From assembly GCA_963793305.1 (NCBI GenBank), contig CAWBZV010000014.1:32001-96000 (forward strand): a stretch of 64,000 nt of DNA, given 5' to 3'. How positions within the stretch are numbered: the stretch's first letter is position 1; each line of letters opens with the position of its first letter. The notes under the pieces are model-generated. The model saw nothing but the letters and a program-made list of their open reading frames with translations, ran no database searches and was not told the DNA's origin. Below, piece by piece: positions 1-8,751 of this stretch. This DNA comes from an uncultured Gemmatimonadales bacterium (GTDB taxonomy: Bacteria > Gemmatimonadota > Gemmatimonadetes > Gemmatimonadales > Gemmatimonadaceae). A program made the translations under genes and the position numbers.

Positions 1-696
1 GTTCGCGTTCGGCGTGCCCGTGATCTTCACATCCGCATCCGGCCCCGTCGAGTAGGCGCGCCACACCTCGTGGCCGTCCATGGCGTCGAAGGCCGTGACC
101 CGGCCCCTAACCCCGAACTCGCCGCCCGAGATCCCCGTGATGACGACGTTCTTCACCACGAGCGGGGCGTTGGTCATCGTCTCGCCCTTGTGGAAATCGG
201 CCGACTTGACCTGGAAGATCTTCTTGCCGGTCTTGGCGTCGAGGGCGAGTAAGTCGCCCTGCAGGAGCTCGATGTAGAGCTTGCCCGAGGGGTGATAGGC
301 GAGCCCGCGGTTCACCACGTCGCAGCAGGCGATCGGGATGACGTTGGCGTCCTGTTCGGGCGTGTACTGCCAGATCTGGGGCGCGCCGGGCTTGGAGAGA
401 TCCAGCGCGTAGACCTTGTTCGGGAACGACGAGTGCAGGTACATGACGCTGCCAATGACGAGGGGGTTGCCCTCGTGTCCGCGCAGCGTCCCGGTCGAGA
501 AGCTCCACGCGGCGTGGAGGTGCGCCACGTTCGTGGCGTTGATCTGCGTCAGTGGGCTGTAGCGCTGCAGGTCGTACGTCCGACCTGTCATCACCCACTG
601 GTTCGCGTTCTCCGACATGGATTCCAGCGAGCCTTCTTGCGCGCTCGCCGTTGCCGCGAGAACTACTCCGGCGAAAACGATCGACGTGTATCGCAT
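1..696 (-). CDS. xoxF: PQQ-dependent methanol/ethanol dehydrogenase, XoxF/MxaF family (5' part; runs off window)
   Basis: Manual translation from ATG 696 (AGGAGG RBS upstream): signal peptide MRYTSIVFAGVVLAATASAQ, then QRYSPLTQIN, WSFSTGTLRGHEGNP, ACCDVVNRGLAY (vicinal Cys), ISGGEFGVRG. Not in ORF track because it is open at the edge. XoxF vs MxaF cannot be settled here. Confidence 0.85.
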   Translation of the reverse strand, partial: MRYTSIVFAGVVLAATASAQEGSLESMSENANQWVMTGRTYDLQRYSPLTQINATNVAHLHAAWSFSTGTLRGHEGNPLVIGSVMYLHSSFPNKVYALDLSKPGAPQIWQYTPEQDANVIPIACCDVVNRGLAYHPSGKLYIELLQGDLLALDAKTGKKIFQVKSADFHKGETMTNAPLVVKNVVITGISGGEFGVRGRVTAFDAMDGHEVWRAYSTGPDADVKITGTPNAN

Positions 697-805
697 GATT
701 GTGCCGGCCCTCCTGTGGTTGTGGGAACGGTTCGCGCGTCTATGTAATAGCGCCGTTTCGGGTTACGCAATCGCGATCTCTCTATTGTCGCGAGCGTGAA
801 TCGCA

Positions 806-821
806 TGTGACGTCTATCACT
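806..821. promoter_or_regulatory. CRP/FNR-family-like site TGTGA-N6-TCACT
   Basis: tgtgacgtctatcact matches TGTGA-N6-TCACA at 9/10 positions, between divergent genes. Confidence 0.4.
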
Positions 822-857
822 GCATTCGGTCATTGTGCCCACACATCTTCACTGCGA

Positions 858-1178
858 ATGGCGACAACACTTTTGACAGAGTTACCGGCGGCAGTCCTCG
901 AGGCGCTCGCCAATGTAGTTGGCGAAGAGCCATGTCCCTTGAGGCCGCTCACGGTGGCGCGGTCGCCATTGCCAGGGCTGGGGCCGTTTGCGCGCCTCCG
1001 ACTCGAAGTGCGATTGCATCTGTTGCACGCGCGGCAAACCGGGCTCGACGAAAGCGCGGCCCGTTGTGCGCTCCTACGCGCGGTCGACGCAGTCATGCCG
1101 TCGTGGACGCCCGAATGGAGCACGCATCTGCTGCGTGAAGAAGTCCATCGCTGGTGCGCAGAAGCGTACGCTGACTGA
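858..1178 (+). CDS. small helical hypothetical protein
   Basis: MATTLLTELP...VHRWCAEAYAD; C-terminus resembles 7907..8233. Confidence 0.55.
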   Translation: MATTLLTELPAAVLEALANVVGEEPCPLRPLTVARSPLPGLGPFARLRLEVRLHLLHARQTGLDESAARCALLRAVDAVMPSWTPEWSTHLLREEVHRWCAEAYAD

Positions 1179-1188
1179 TCTTTTCGGG

Positions 1189-1671
1189 ATGCGCCGGTGC
1201 ATCCCGTTCTTGCTCCTCGCTGCCTGCAGTCGACACGCCAGCGTCAGTCCGGTGCCCGCCAAGACGGCCGCCGTGACCGTTGGCGATTTTCAGTACACCG
1301 CCAGGAATGGCGGCGCCAACGTGTGGGGCCCGTTGGAGGTTCAGGTCACCGTAACGGCAACCAACGCCGCCGACCACACGGCGACGCTCGACGTACTCGG
1401 CGGCAATTGCGCCGTACTGATTCGGATCTTCCGCAAGTCCGACAGGAGCGACAAACCGCTCTACGACGCGTCGTCGGGTGCCGAGTGCTACGTTAAGCCC
1501 GTGCACGAGCGCTTAGCGCCCCATGCGACGTACACGGCGCAATCGGGTCGTTACGGGCCCGGTATCGATATTCCCTCGGGCCGCTACTACCTGTCGGCGC
1601 TCATCATCCCCGAGGATCGAGAGAAATCGCGCATCGAGATCCCCGCTGGGGAGTTCGTCGTCCGACGGTAG
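1189..1671 (+). CDS. lipoprotein, beta-rich/Ig-like, function unknown
   Basis: MRRCIPFLLLAAC lipobox followed by a beta-strand-rich domain (VQVTVTATN...GRYYLSALI). Confidence 0.7.
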   Translation: MRRCIPFLLLAACSRHASVSPVPAKTAAVTVGDFQYTARNGGANVWGPLEVQVTVTATNAADHTATLDVLGGNCAVLIRIFRKSDRSDKPLYDASSGAECYVKPVHERLAPHATYTAQSGRYGPGIDIPSGRYYLSALIIPEDREKSRIEIPAGEFVVRR

Positions 1672-1680
1672 CCTTGCGAC

Positions 1681-1703
1681 GGACCCCGATCGGGGGTTTC
1701 TTA
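1681..1703 (+). terminator. possible intrinsic terminator / palindrome CCCCGATCGGGG
   Basis: Perfect 12-bp palindrome 1684..1695 followed by gtttctt, between the lipoprotein stop and the TPR gene start. Confidence 0.35.
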
Positions 1704-1710
1704 TCGCGCC

Positions 1711-2952
1711 ATGGATGCGCCTTCATCCATCGCGCATCTCCCGTTCCTCGAGGCCCTCGCCGGGATGACGGAGACGTCCCCCCAGTGGCTACGGACACTG
1801 GCGGGATTCTTGACGCTCCGGTTCGTCGAGAAGTGGGCCGATACCACTGACGGCGCACCGGCGCCGCTGCTCAAAGAAATCAACGCGGTGCACCGCGCGG
1901 TCGATGCCGTCGATGATGCACGGGTCCGCGACCTCCTCGACGACATCATCACGGCGACCACGCGATCCTGGGGTAGGCGCTCCCCGGCGGTGACGGCGGC
2001 CGTGCTGAGTTACGCGCAGCATTTGCGCGAGCTCGAGTCCTGGGCCCTCGCCGCTGACGCGTTCGACACGTTCGTCCGGCACGCGCTCACCAGCGAGGAA
2101 CGCCAGTTCGTGCCGATCGCCTACGTGCGACTCGGTGCGTGCCAGCGCGTGGCGGGCGACAGCGATGCGGCGCTGGCGGCGTACGAGGCGGGCGGCGAGT
2201 GCGCCGAGCGCGCCGGCGACATCCAGACCGCGCTCATGGCGCGCCTCGGCGCCGCGCACGTCATGAAAGACCGTGGCAACTATCCGGCGGCCGAGCAGAT
2301 GCTGGACGACGTCATCGCCAGGGCGACGGGCGTCGAGGAGCTGACCGACGTCCTGGCGCGGGCGAAGCACGACCGGGGCGTCGTGGCCACTGACCGTGGC
2401 GACACGGAGTTCGCGGTCACGCTCTACTACGAAGCGCTCAACGCTTACAAGGACGAGCGCGGCCGCCAGCGCGTGCTCGTCGACATCGCCTACAACCTGA
2501 CAGCCCTCGGTCTCGTCGATGCGGCGCGCGACGCATTCCGCGCGCTCTACGCGTCAGCGACCGAGGCCTACGGTCGCGCGATCGCCGCGATCAACCTCAT
2601 GTACCTGGCGCAACTCGGTTGCCGCGAGCTCGAGTTCGAGCACTACCGGCGCGAGCTCGCGCTCGCCGGGCTGCCGCCGCGCGGCGCCGCGCACTATTTC
2701 CTGTACGCGGGCGAAGGGCTCCGGCGGTTCGGTCGAAACGAGGCGGCGCGCGTCTCCTACGGGAGAGCCATCGAGATCGCCGCTCGGCACAAATTCAACG
2801 TGATCCTGCTCCAGGCCGATGGGGCGCTCGATGCCATGCGCCGCCACGAGGCGCTGCCGCCGATTCCGATCGCAGACGATCCGGAACCGGCGTCAGTCGC
2901 TCATGTGGTCAAAGCAGTGCGGGCGTTGTGCGAGCAGGCCACCGCTCACTGA
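1711..2952 (+). CDS. TPR-like helical-repeat protein (cytoplasmic), paralog of 9329..10600
   Basis: 413 aa, TPR-like repeats (AYVRLGACQRVAGDSDAALAAY; ARAKHDRGVVA), no signal peptide. Confidence 0.8.
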   Translation: MDAPSSIAHLPFLEALAGMTETSPQWLRTLAGFLTLRFVEKWADTTDGAPAPLLKEINAVHRAVDAVDDARVRDLLDDIITATTRSWGRRSPAVTAAVLSYAQHLRELESWALAADAFDTFVRHALTSEERQFVPIAYVRLGACQRVAGDSDAALAAYEAGGECAERAGDIQTALMARLGAAHVMKDRGNYPAAEQMLDDVIARATGVEELTDVLARAKHDRGVVATDRGDTEFAVTLYYEALNAYKDERGRQRVLVDIAYNLTALGLVDAARDAFRALYASATEAYGRAIAAINLMYLAQLGCRELEFEHYRRELALAGLPPRGAAHYFLYAGEGLRRFGRNEAARVSYGRAIEIAARHKFNVILLQADGALDAMRRHEALPPIPIADDPEPASVAHVVKAVRALCEQATAH

Positions 2953-3071
2953 TGACAGTGCGTATCGCTGCCCTGACTCATTCCACCGCCGCCGAGGCAC
3001 GCTGACGGCGCGGTTGCGGACGTACAGGCCGTCGCGGCGAGGACGAGCGCGGCCAGAAAAATCCGGCGCAT
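2946..3071 (-). CDS. 41-aa secreted/lipoprotein-signal peptide MRRIFLAALVLAATACTSATAPSACLGGGGMSQGSDTHCHQ
   Basis: Manual translation; AGGGGGG SD-like 5 nt before ATG; basic n-region, hydrophobic h-region, lipobox-like ATAC; below ORF-track cutoff. Confidence 0.7.
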   Translation of the reverse strand: MRRIFLAALVLAATACTSATAPSACLGGGGMSQGSDTHCHQ

Positions 3072-3135
3072 AGAGGCCCCCCTGAATCAAATACGTTCAT
3101 GATCCAGACGGGCTCGGCCATACGTGCGTTACGCG

Positions 3136-3945
3136 CTATTTGGGACCATTTGGTTTGATCTCGAATACGACGGGCCAACGCTTGCCCGTTACGAAAATGC
3201 GGTCGGCCGCGGAGTCGTAGGCAATGCCGTTCGCGACGTTGGCCGAGTCAGCATCGGCGCCAGCTGGCAGGAGACTGCTGATGTCGAGCCATGAATTCAC
3301 CGCGCCCGTATGCGGATTGATGCGCGCGATTTGCGTCGTCTGCCAGACGTTCGCCCAGATCTCCCCTTTGATCCACTCCAGCTCATTGAGCTTGGGAAGA
3401 GGCAGCCCCTGCGCGGTGACGCTCAGCGCATTTTGCACGTGCAGCGTCGCGGGGTCGAGGAAACGCAACACGCTGGTGCCATCGCTCATGATCAGCGACA
3501 CGCTATCGTGCGTGAGCCCCCATCCCTCGCCCGAGTAATTGAACGATGCGCGACGGTTAAAGGTCGCGGTGTCGTAGATGTATCCGACGCCCGTCGTCCA
3601 CGTGAGCTCGTAGAGCCGGCCACGGAAAATCGTGATGCCCTCGCCGAAATACGGCGGAGCCAGCACGTAGCGCCGCAGAATATTCCCGGACGAGAGATCA
3701 TACGAGCGAAAGCCCGATTGGCCGACCAGCCCAGTGGCCTCGTACATGATGCCATCGTGCATCTCGAGGCCCTCGGTAAACGCGTTCGCGTCGTGAGGCC
3801 AGCGATGCACGACGGTGACGCCGTAGGTCGGCACGCCGGACGCCGACGTCGTGTCACCCGCATGCTGTGGAGCCGTCTTCGTCTCGCCGCCGGAGCAGGC
3901 CAGAAGCCAGACCGCCGAGAGGATCAGCGCGAGTCGGGGCGCCAT
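3136..3945 (-). CDS. glutaminyl-peptide cyclotransferase (lipoprotein)
   Basis: PHDANAFTEGLE, FGEGIT, GEGWGLT, LNELEW, ANVWQT, NGIAYD, TGKRWP motifs; LLAC lipobox. Confidence 0.93.
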   Translation of the reverse strand: MAPRLALILSAVWLLACSGGETKTAPQHAGDTTSASGVPTYGVTVVHRWPHDANAFTEGLEMHDGIMYEATGLVGQSGFRSYDLSSGNILRRYVLAPPYFGEGITIFRGRLYELTWTTGVGYIYDTATFNRRASFNYSGEGWGLTHDSVSLIMSDGTSVLRFLDPATLHVQNALSVTAQGLPLPKLNELEWIKGEIWANVWQTTQIARINPHTGAVNSWLDISSLLPAGADADSANVANGIAYDSAADRIFVTGKRWPVVFEIKPNGPK

Positions 3946-4901
3946 TCGAGCAGGATGCCGGCGTGGACCAAGCCACCGCCGAAGCCGTAGAGAAGCACCG
4001 TGTCGCCCTCGCGCAGCTTGCCATTGCGTTGGCCGAGCATGAGGGCGAGAGGAATCGTCGCGGCGGAGGTGTTGCCGAAATACTCGATGCTGGACAGCGT
4101 TCTCTCGACCGGAATCCCGACGCGTTCCGAGACGGCTTCCGTGATCCGGAAGTTCGCGCTGTGGGGCACGAACCAGTCGACGGCGTCGGGCGTGAGATTC
4201 CCACGGCGGAGCAATTCGCACACGCCGGCCGAGACGGTTTCGACGGCCCACTTGTAGACTTCGCGCCCATTTTGGCGAATGACATTCCGCTTGGTGTCGT
4301 CCTGGGCGGCGATGCGGGTGGAGAGCCCCGTACGGTACAACAAGCCTCCGCCGCTGCCATCGGAACCAACGATCGTCGCGTGTACCGTCGGCCGATCCGA
4401 CGGCTCCACGAGTGCCGCGCCGGCCCCGTCACCGAACAGAATACAGGTCGAGCGCTCGGTGTAATCCGTGACTTTCGTGAGCGTCTCGCCGCTCAGCACG
4501 AGCACTTTCTGTTGGACCCCGGACGCCACCAGACCGTGCGCCAGGTGCAGGCCATATGCGAATCCCGCGCAGGTCGCATTGATGTCGATCGCGCCGGCGC
4601 CGACGATGCCGAGACGGTCTTGCACCTGTGAGGCGACGCTCGGGAACGCGTAGTCCGGGGTGGTCGTGCTCAGAATCACGAAATCGACGCCGCCCAAGTC
4701 GAGCCCTCGCGCGGCGGCCGTGCACATATCGGACGTAAATTCATCGTCGCGGGTCGCGCGACGTTCGCGAATACCCGTCCGCCGCACGATCCACTCATCA
4801 TTCGTGTCGACGAGGCGGGACAGCTCGGCGTTCGTGATCACGCGCTCCGGCACGTAGGTGCCGAGCGCGGTCAGACGGGTTCCGCGCAGTTCAGGCATCA
4901 C
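3924..4901 (-). CDS. fabH: 3-oxoacyl-ACP synthase III
   Basis: DINATCAGF (Cys), VPHSAN (His), GNTSAATIP (Asn), LFGDGAGA. Confidence 0.95.
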   Translation of the reverse strand: MMPELRGTRLTALGTYVPERVITNAELSRLVDTNDEWIVRRTGIRERRATRDDEFTSDMCTAAARGLDLGGVDFVILSTTTPDYAFPSVASQVQDRLGIVGAGAIDINATCAGFAYGLHLAHGLVASGVQQKVLVLSGETLTKVTDYTERSTCILFGDGAGAALVEPSDRPTVHATIVGSDGSGGGLLYRTGLSTRIAAQDDTKRNVIRQNGREVYKWAVETVSAGVCELLRRGNLTPDAVDWFVPHSANFRITEAVSERVGIPVERTLSSIEYFGNTSAATIPLALMLGQRNGKLREGDTVLLYGFGGGLVHAGILLEWRPDSR

Positions 4902-6145
4902 TGAGTAGTAACATGATCGAGTTGCTGGATTGTCGCAGTCGACGCCGGCCGTTCGCGCCTGAGCCGTTGCGACACAGCCTCGGCTTGGGCGAACGCCCGC
5001 AGCAGATTGTCCCCGGCCAATTTACGCAGGTCGGCTTCCGTCCAGCCTCGCCGAGCCAATTCGGCGAAGAGATCCGGGAACTTCGAGACATCCTCGAGCC
5101 CGACGACCACATCCGTGATGCCATCAAAGTCGCTGCCGATGCCGACGTGATCCACGCCGGCGACCTGGCGGACGTGATCGATGACATCGGCAACGTCTTT
5201 TAGCGTCGCTTTGGGCGTCGGGTGCGCTGCGTTCCAGGTCGCCAGCTCTTTCGCGCGGCCGGCACTATCCGCAGGATAGCGGCGCTTGAGGTCCGCCGTG
5301 AACGCGTCCTGCGCCGAGTCGTGCTCCCACACGGCCTTGGAGACGAACGATGTCACGAATGGGACCATGACGACACCGCCGTTCGCGGGGACGCGGCGCA
5401 GAATAGAATCGGGGACGTTGCGCCGGTGATTCACCAGAGCGCGGGCGCCGGAGTGCGAGAAGATGACCGGAGCCTCGCTCGTCGTGAGGGCGTCACTCAT
5501 CACGCCCGGCGATACGTGGGCCAAGTCGACCAGCATGCCGAGACGGTTCATCTCGCGCACGACTTCTTTGCCGAAGGGCGTGAGGCCGCCGTGCTTGGCC
5601 GTGTCGAGCGCGGCATCGGCCCAGTCGAGCGTGACGTTGTGCGTCAGCGTCATGTAGCGCACGCCGAGGTCGTAATACGCGCGCAGAGCCCCCAAGGAGT
5701 TCTCGATCGCATGGCCACCTTCCATGCCCATCAAGGATGCGATCTTATGCTCCTGGAACGCCCGGCGAATATCGGCGGTGCCCGTGGCGAATTCGAGACG
5801 CTGCGGATACTTGGCGATCATGCGCCGGGCGATATCGATTTGCTCGAGCTGGACGCGCGCGTAGCCGGAATCCTTGATCTCGCCCGGGATATACACGGAC
5901 CAGAACTGGGCGCCGACCATGCCCTTGTCGAGTCGGGCGAGGTCAGTCATTCTGGGCGTCGGCTTCCGCAGATCGTACGCCTCGACATCCCGACCCGCGT
6001 TCTCGCGGATTGTCCATGGGAGGTCGTTGTGACCGTCGATCAGCGGCGTCTCGCGCAGGACTTTCTCGGCGAGCGCGTGGTATTGGTCGGTCTGAGCCTG
6101 TAGGCCCTGAGCAAGCAGGACGACAAGAGGCAGTATGAATCGCAT
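4898..6145 (-). CDS. membrane dipeptidase (peptidase M19), secreted
   Basis: IDGHNDLPW, AQFWSVY, MEGGH, TLTHN, FSHS, GIGSDFDG; signal peptide. Confidence 0.93.
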   Translation of the reverse strand: MRFILPLVVLLAQGLQAQTDQYHALAEKVLRETPLIDGHNDLPWTIRENAGRDVEAYDLRKPTPRMTDLARLDKGMVGAQFWSVYIPGEIKDSGYARVQLEQIDIARRMIAKYPQRLEFATGTADIRRAFQEHKIASLMGMEGGHAIENSLGALRAYYDLGVRYMTLTHNVTLDWADAALDTAKHGGLTPFGKEVVREMNRLGMLVDLAHVSPGVMSDALTTSEAPVIFSHSGARALVNHRRNVPDSILRRVPANGGVVMVPFVTSFVSKAVWEHDSAQDAFTADLKRRYPADSAGRAKELATWNAAHPTPKATLKDVADVIDHVRQVAGVDHVGIGSDFDGITDVVVGLEDVSKFPDLFAELARRGWTEADLRKLAGDNLLRAFAQAEAVSQRLRRERPASTATIQQLDHVTTQ

Positions 6146-6169
6146 AGTCAGTGAAGATATACTATTGGC

Positions 6170-7369
6170 ATGCTGATCTCACTCTTGATCGCCGCTGCGG
6201 CGGCTCCGTGCGACACATCCCTTACGCTGCCGACGGGATTTTGCGCGACGATATTCGCGGACAGCATCCAAGGGCCAAGGCACGTCGTGGTTGCGCCAAA
6301 TGGTACGGTCTACGTGACCGTCACCTCGGGGGTCGTGGCGCTCAAGGATACCAAAGGCGCCGGTCGGGCCGATGCGATGGCCCATGTTGGGGATATCGGT
6401 GGCACCGGCATCGCGATTCATGCTGGCTACCTGTATGTCGACCTGAAGAGCGCGATCGTTCGGTACCGGCTGACGGACGATCTGGCGCCGGCGGGTGCGC
6501 CGGACACGATCGTGCGCGATTTGCCGACGGGTGGACACGGGTCGCGGAACATTGCGTTCGATCGGGCCGGGATGCTCTACGTGAACGTGGGGTCGCGGAC
6601 GAATTCGTGTCAGTCCGCGGACCGGCAAACCCAATCGCCCGGGATCGATCCGTGCACCGAGCTCGATACGAGGGCGGGGATCTGGCGTTTCCAGTCGGCG
6701 AAGCCGAATCAGACCCCGGCGACCGGTGAGCACGTCGTGACGGGCATCCGCAACGCCATGGGCCTCGCGCTCAATCCGATGGACGGGAAGATGTACGCGA
6801 CGCAGCATGGTCGCGATCAGCTCGCCCAGAATTGGTCGGCGTTGTACACGCAAGCGGATGGGGATGAGAATCCCGCCGAGGAGTTCGTCCGGTTCGCCGA
6901 TCACGACGATTTCGGGTGGCCGTACTGCTACTACGACAACCGGTACAAGAAGCTCGTGTTGGCGCCCGAGTATGGCGGCGACGGCGGGCACAAGATCGAC
7001 CGGTGCGCGCAGAAACAGGAGCCGCTGGTCGCGTTTCCGGGGCACTGGGCGCCGATGTCCTTGCTCTTCTACGACGGCAACAAGTTTCCCGCGAAGTATC
7101 GGGGCGGAGCATTTATCGCGTTCCACGGCTCGTGGAATCGTGCGCCGGATCCGCAGGCGGGCTATCGCGTCGTCTTTGTTCCGTTCGCCAAGGGCAATCC
7201 GTCGGGTGACTACGAGACGTTTGCGATCGGGTTCTCCGGCAAGGATCCGCTCTTCGTCCCGACTGATGCCGCCCATCGCCCCTGTGGACTCGCCGAAGGT
7301 CCGGACGGCGCTCTCTACATCACGGACGATCTCCACGGACGCATCTGGCGCGTAGTGTGGAAGGGATAA
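6170..7369 (+). CDS. PQQ-dependent sugar/sorbosone dehydrogenase family protein
   Basis: LYVNVGSRTNSC, GIRNAMG, FGWPYCY, HWAPM, FHGSWNR, PDGALYITDD. Confidence 0.9.
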   Translation: MLISLLIAAAAAPCDTSLTLPTGFCATIFADSIQGPRHVVVAPNGTVYVTVTSGVVALKDTKGAGRADAMAHVGDIGGTGIAIHAGYLYVDLKSAIVRYRLTDDLAPAGAPDTIVRDLPTGGHGSRNIAFDRAGMLYVNVGSRTNSCQSADRQTQSPGIDPCTELDTRAGIWRFQSAKPNQTPATGEHVVTGIRNAMGLALNPMDGKMYATQHGRDQLAQNWSALYTQADGDENPAEEFVRFADHDDFGWPYCYYDNRYKKLVLAPEYGGDGGHKIDRCAQKQEPLVAFPGHWAPMSLLFYDGNKFPAKYRGGAFIAFHGSWNRAPDPQAGYRVVFVPFAKGNPSGDYETFAIGFSGKDPLFVPTDAAHRPCGLAEGPDGALYITDDLHGRIWRVVWKG

Positions 7370-7956
7370 AGAGACGGCCGACGCGCGCCGAGCTGCTCGC
7401 GTCGGCCGGGAAGACCATCCCGAATCTGGTGGCGCCGGGACTCCGCATCCTATTCGTGGGGATCAATCCGGGTCTCTACACCGCGTGGTCCGGACATTAT
7501 TTTGCCAAGCCCGGCAACCGTTTTTGGCCGGCGTTGTACGCATCCGGACTGACGCCGCGGCTCTTGGATCCGAGCGAGGAGCAAGAGCTCCTGGCGCTGG
7601 GCATCGGCATCACTGGATTCGTGCGCCGCGCGACAGCGACGGCGGCCGAGCTCACGGACGATGAGTATCGAGCGGGAGGTCGTCGCCTGCACGCGCTCGT
7701 GAGGAAAATCAAACCACGTTGTGTGGTGACGCTCGGTATCACGGCGTATCGTATCGCGTTCGATGCCGCTCATGCCCAACTGGGACGTCAACCGGAGGGA
7801 TTCGAAGGGGCCCAGCTATGGGTGCTACCGAATCCGAGTGGGCTCAACGCCCACTTTCAGGCGGCAGACTACGCGCGATTGTTTCGCGAAGTCGGCGAAT
7901 CGTGCGTCAATCCGCGCGGAAGTAGGCGCGGAAGCATCTCCGCTCGACGTGCATGA
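7357..7956 (+). CDS. mug: G/U mismatch-specific DNA glycosylase
   Basis: GINPGL, FAKPGNRFW, VLPNPSGLNAH motifs. Confidence 0.9.
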   Translation: MEGIKRRPTRAELLASAGKTIPNLVAPGLRILFVGINPGLYTAWSGHYFAKPGNRFWPALYASGLTPRLLDPSEEQELLALGIGITGFVRRATATAAELTDDEYRAGGRRLHALVRKIKPRCVVTLGITAYRIAFDAAHAQLGRQPEGFEGAQLWVLPNPSGLNAHFQAADYARLFREVGESCVNPRGSRRGSISARRA

Positions 7957-8233
7957 CGAACATCTCGGGGTCGATCCAATCGGGATGATGCATCACGCGC
8001 TCGGCCTCCGCGGCCCGTCGCGACATGTCGCGCACGTGGACAATCGCGTGCTCGGGTCGTCCACCTTCACGCTTCAAGTGCGACACGTACGCACCCATCG
8101 CCGTATCGATCGTCGGCAACGCGTCGGCGGGTTGTCTCACGGCGCCCGCGAGAGCCACCGCCAGTCGGTCGAGCAGCGTATTGCGCGTCAACCGCGAAAG
8201 TGGTTCATCGCTGACCAGCGGGTCCGTCGACAT
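7907..8233 (-). CDS. small helical hypothetical protein
   Basis: 108 aa, YVSHLKREGGRPEHAIVHV...VERRCFRAYFRAD. Confidence 0.65.
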   Translation of the reverse strand: MSTDPLVSDEPLSRLTRNTLLDRLAVALAGAVRQPADALPTIDTAMGAYVSHLKREGGRPEHAIVHVRDMSRRAAEAERVMHHPDWIDPEMFVMHVERRCFRAYFRAD

Positions 8234-8322
8234 GCCCGCCGGAGGTGCAAGAGAAAGGCCCTGGATTGGGCCTCAAGATCTCAGCGCCCCGGGTGGTTCT
8301 GTGGCGCATATGCTACAGGCCT

Positions 8323-8742
8323 GTGAGCCTCGCCCAGCGACTGGTAGGCGTCTGGCGCCTCGTGTCCTTCGAGGTGCATTCGCAAGACCAGCCAATACGG
8401 CACCCGTTTGGGCGCGATGTCGTCGGCGTCTTGATTTACACCGCCAATGGTACCATGTCCGGCCAACTGATGCGCCCCGATCGATCCTCCTTCGTGTCGT
8501 CGACGATCACGCGCGGCAGCGACGCCGAGTTGGTTGAAGCGGCCACCGGATACGTAGCGTACGCAGGGACATATAGCGTTGACGAAGCGGAGCACATCGT
8601 CACGCATCATGTCACGATGAGCCTCTTCCCCAACCTCGTTGGGACGGACCAACCCAGGCGCGTGGTCATCGAGGGCGACCGGCTGGAGCTGCGAACGCCG
8701 CCCGAGGGCGGACGCGTCATGATCCTTCGGTGGCAGCGCTAA
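8323..8742 (+). CDS. lipocalin-like domain protein
   Basis: LVGVWRLVSF, GVLIYTANG, YVAYAGTY, SLFPNLVG; GTG start inferred. Confidence 0.85.
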   Translation: MSLAQRLVGVWRLVSFEVHSQDQPIRHPFGRDVVGVLIYTANGTMSGQLMRPDRSSFVSSTITRGSDAELVEAATGYVAYAGTYSVDEAEHIVTHHVTMSLFPNLVGTDQPRRVVIEGDRLELRTPPEGGRVMILRWQR

Positions 8743-8751
8743 GTTTCGGCC

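Noticed and set aside
2952..3005. Plus-strand 17-aa ORF MTVRIAALTHSTAAEAR coupled to the TPR stop
   Set aside because: No features; it is antisense to the better-supported 41-aa signal-peptide ORF.
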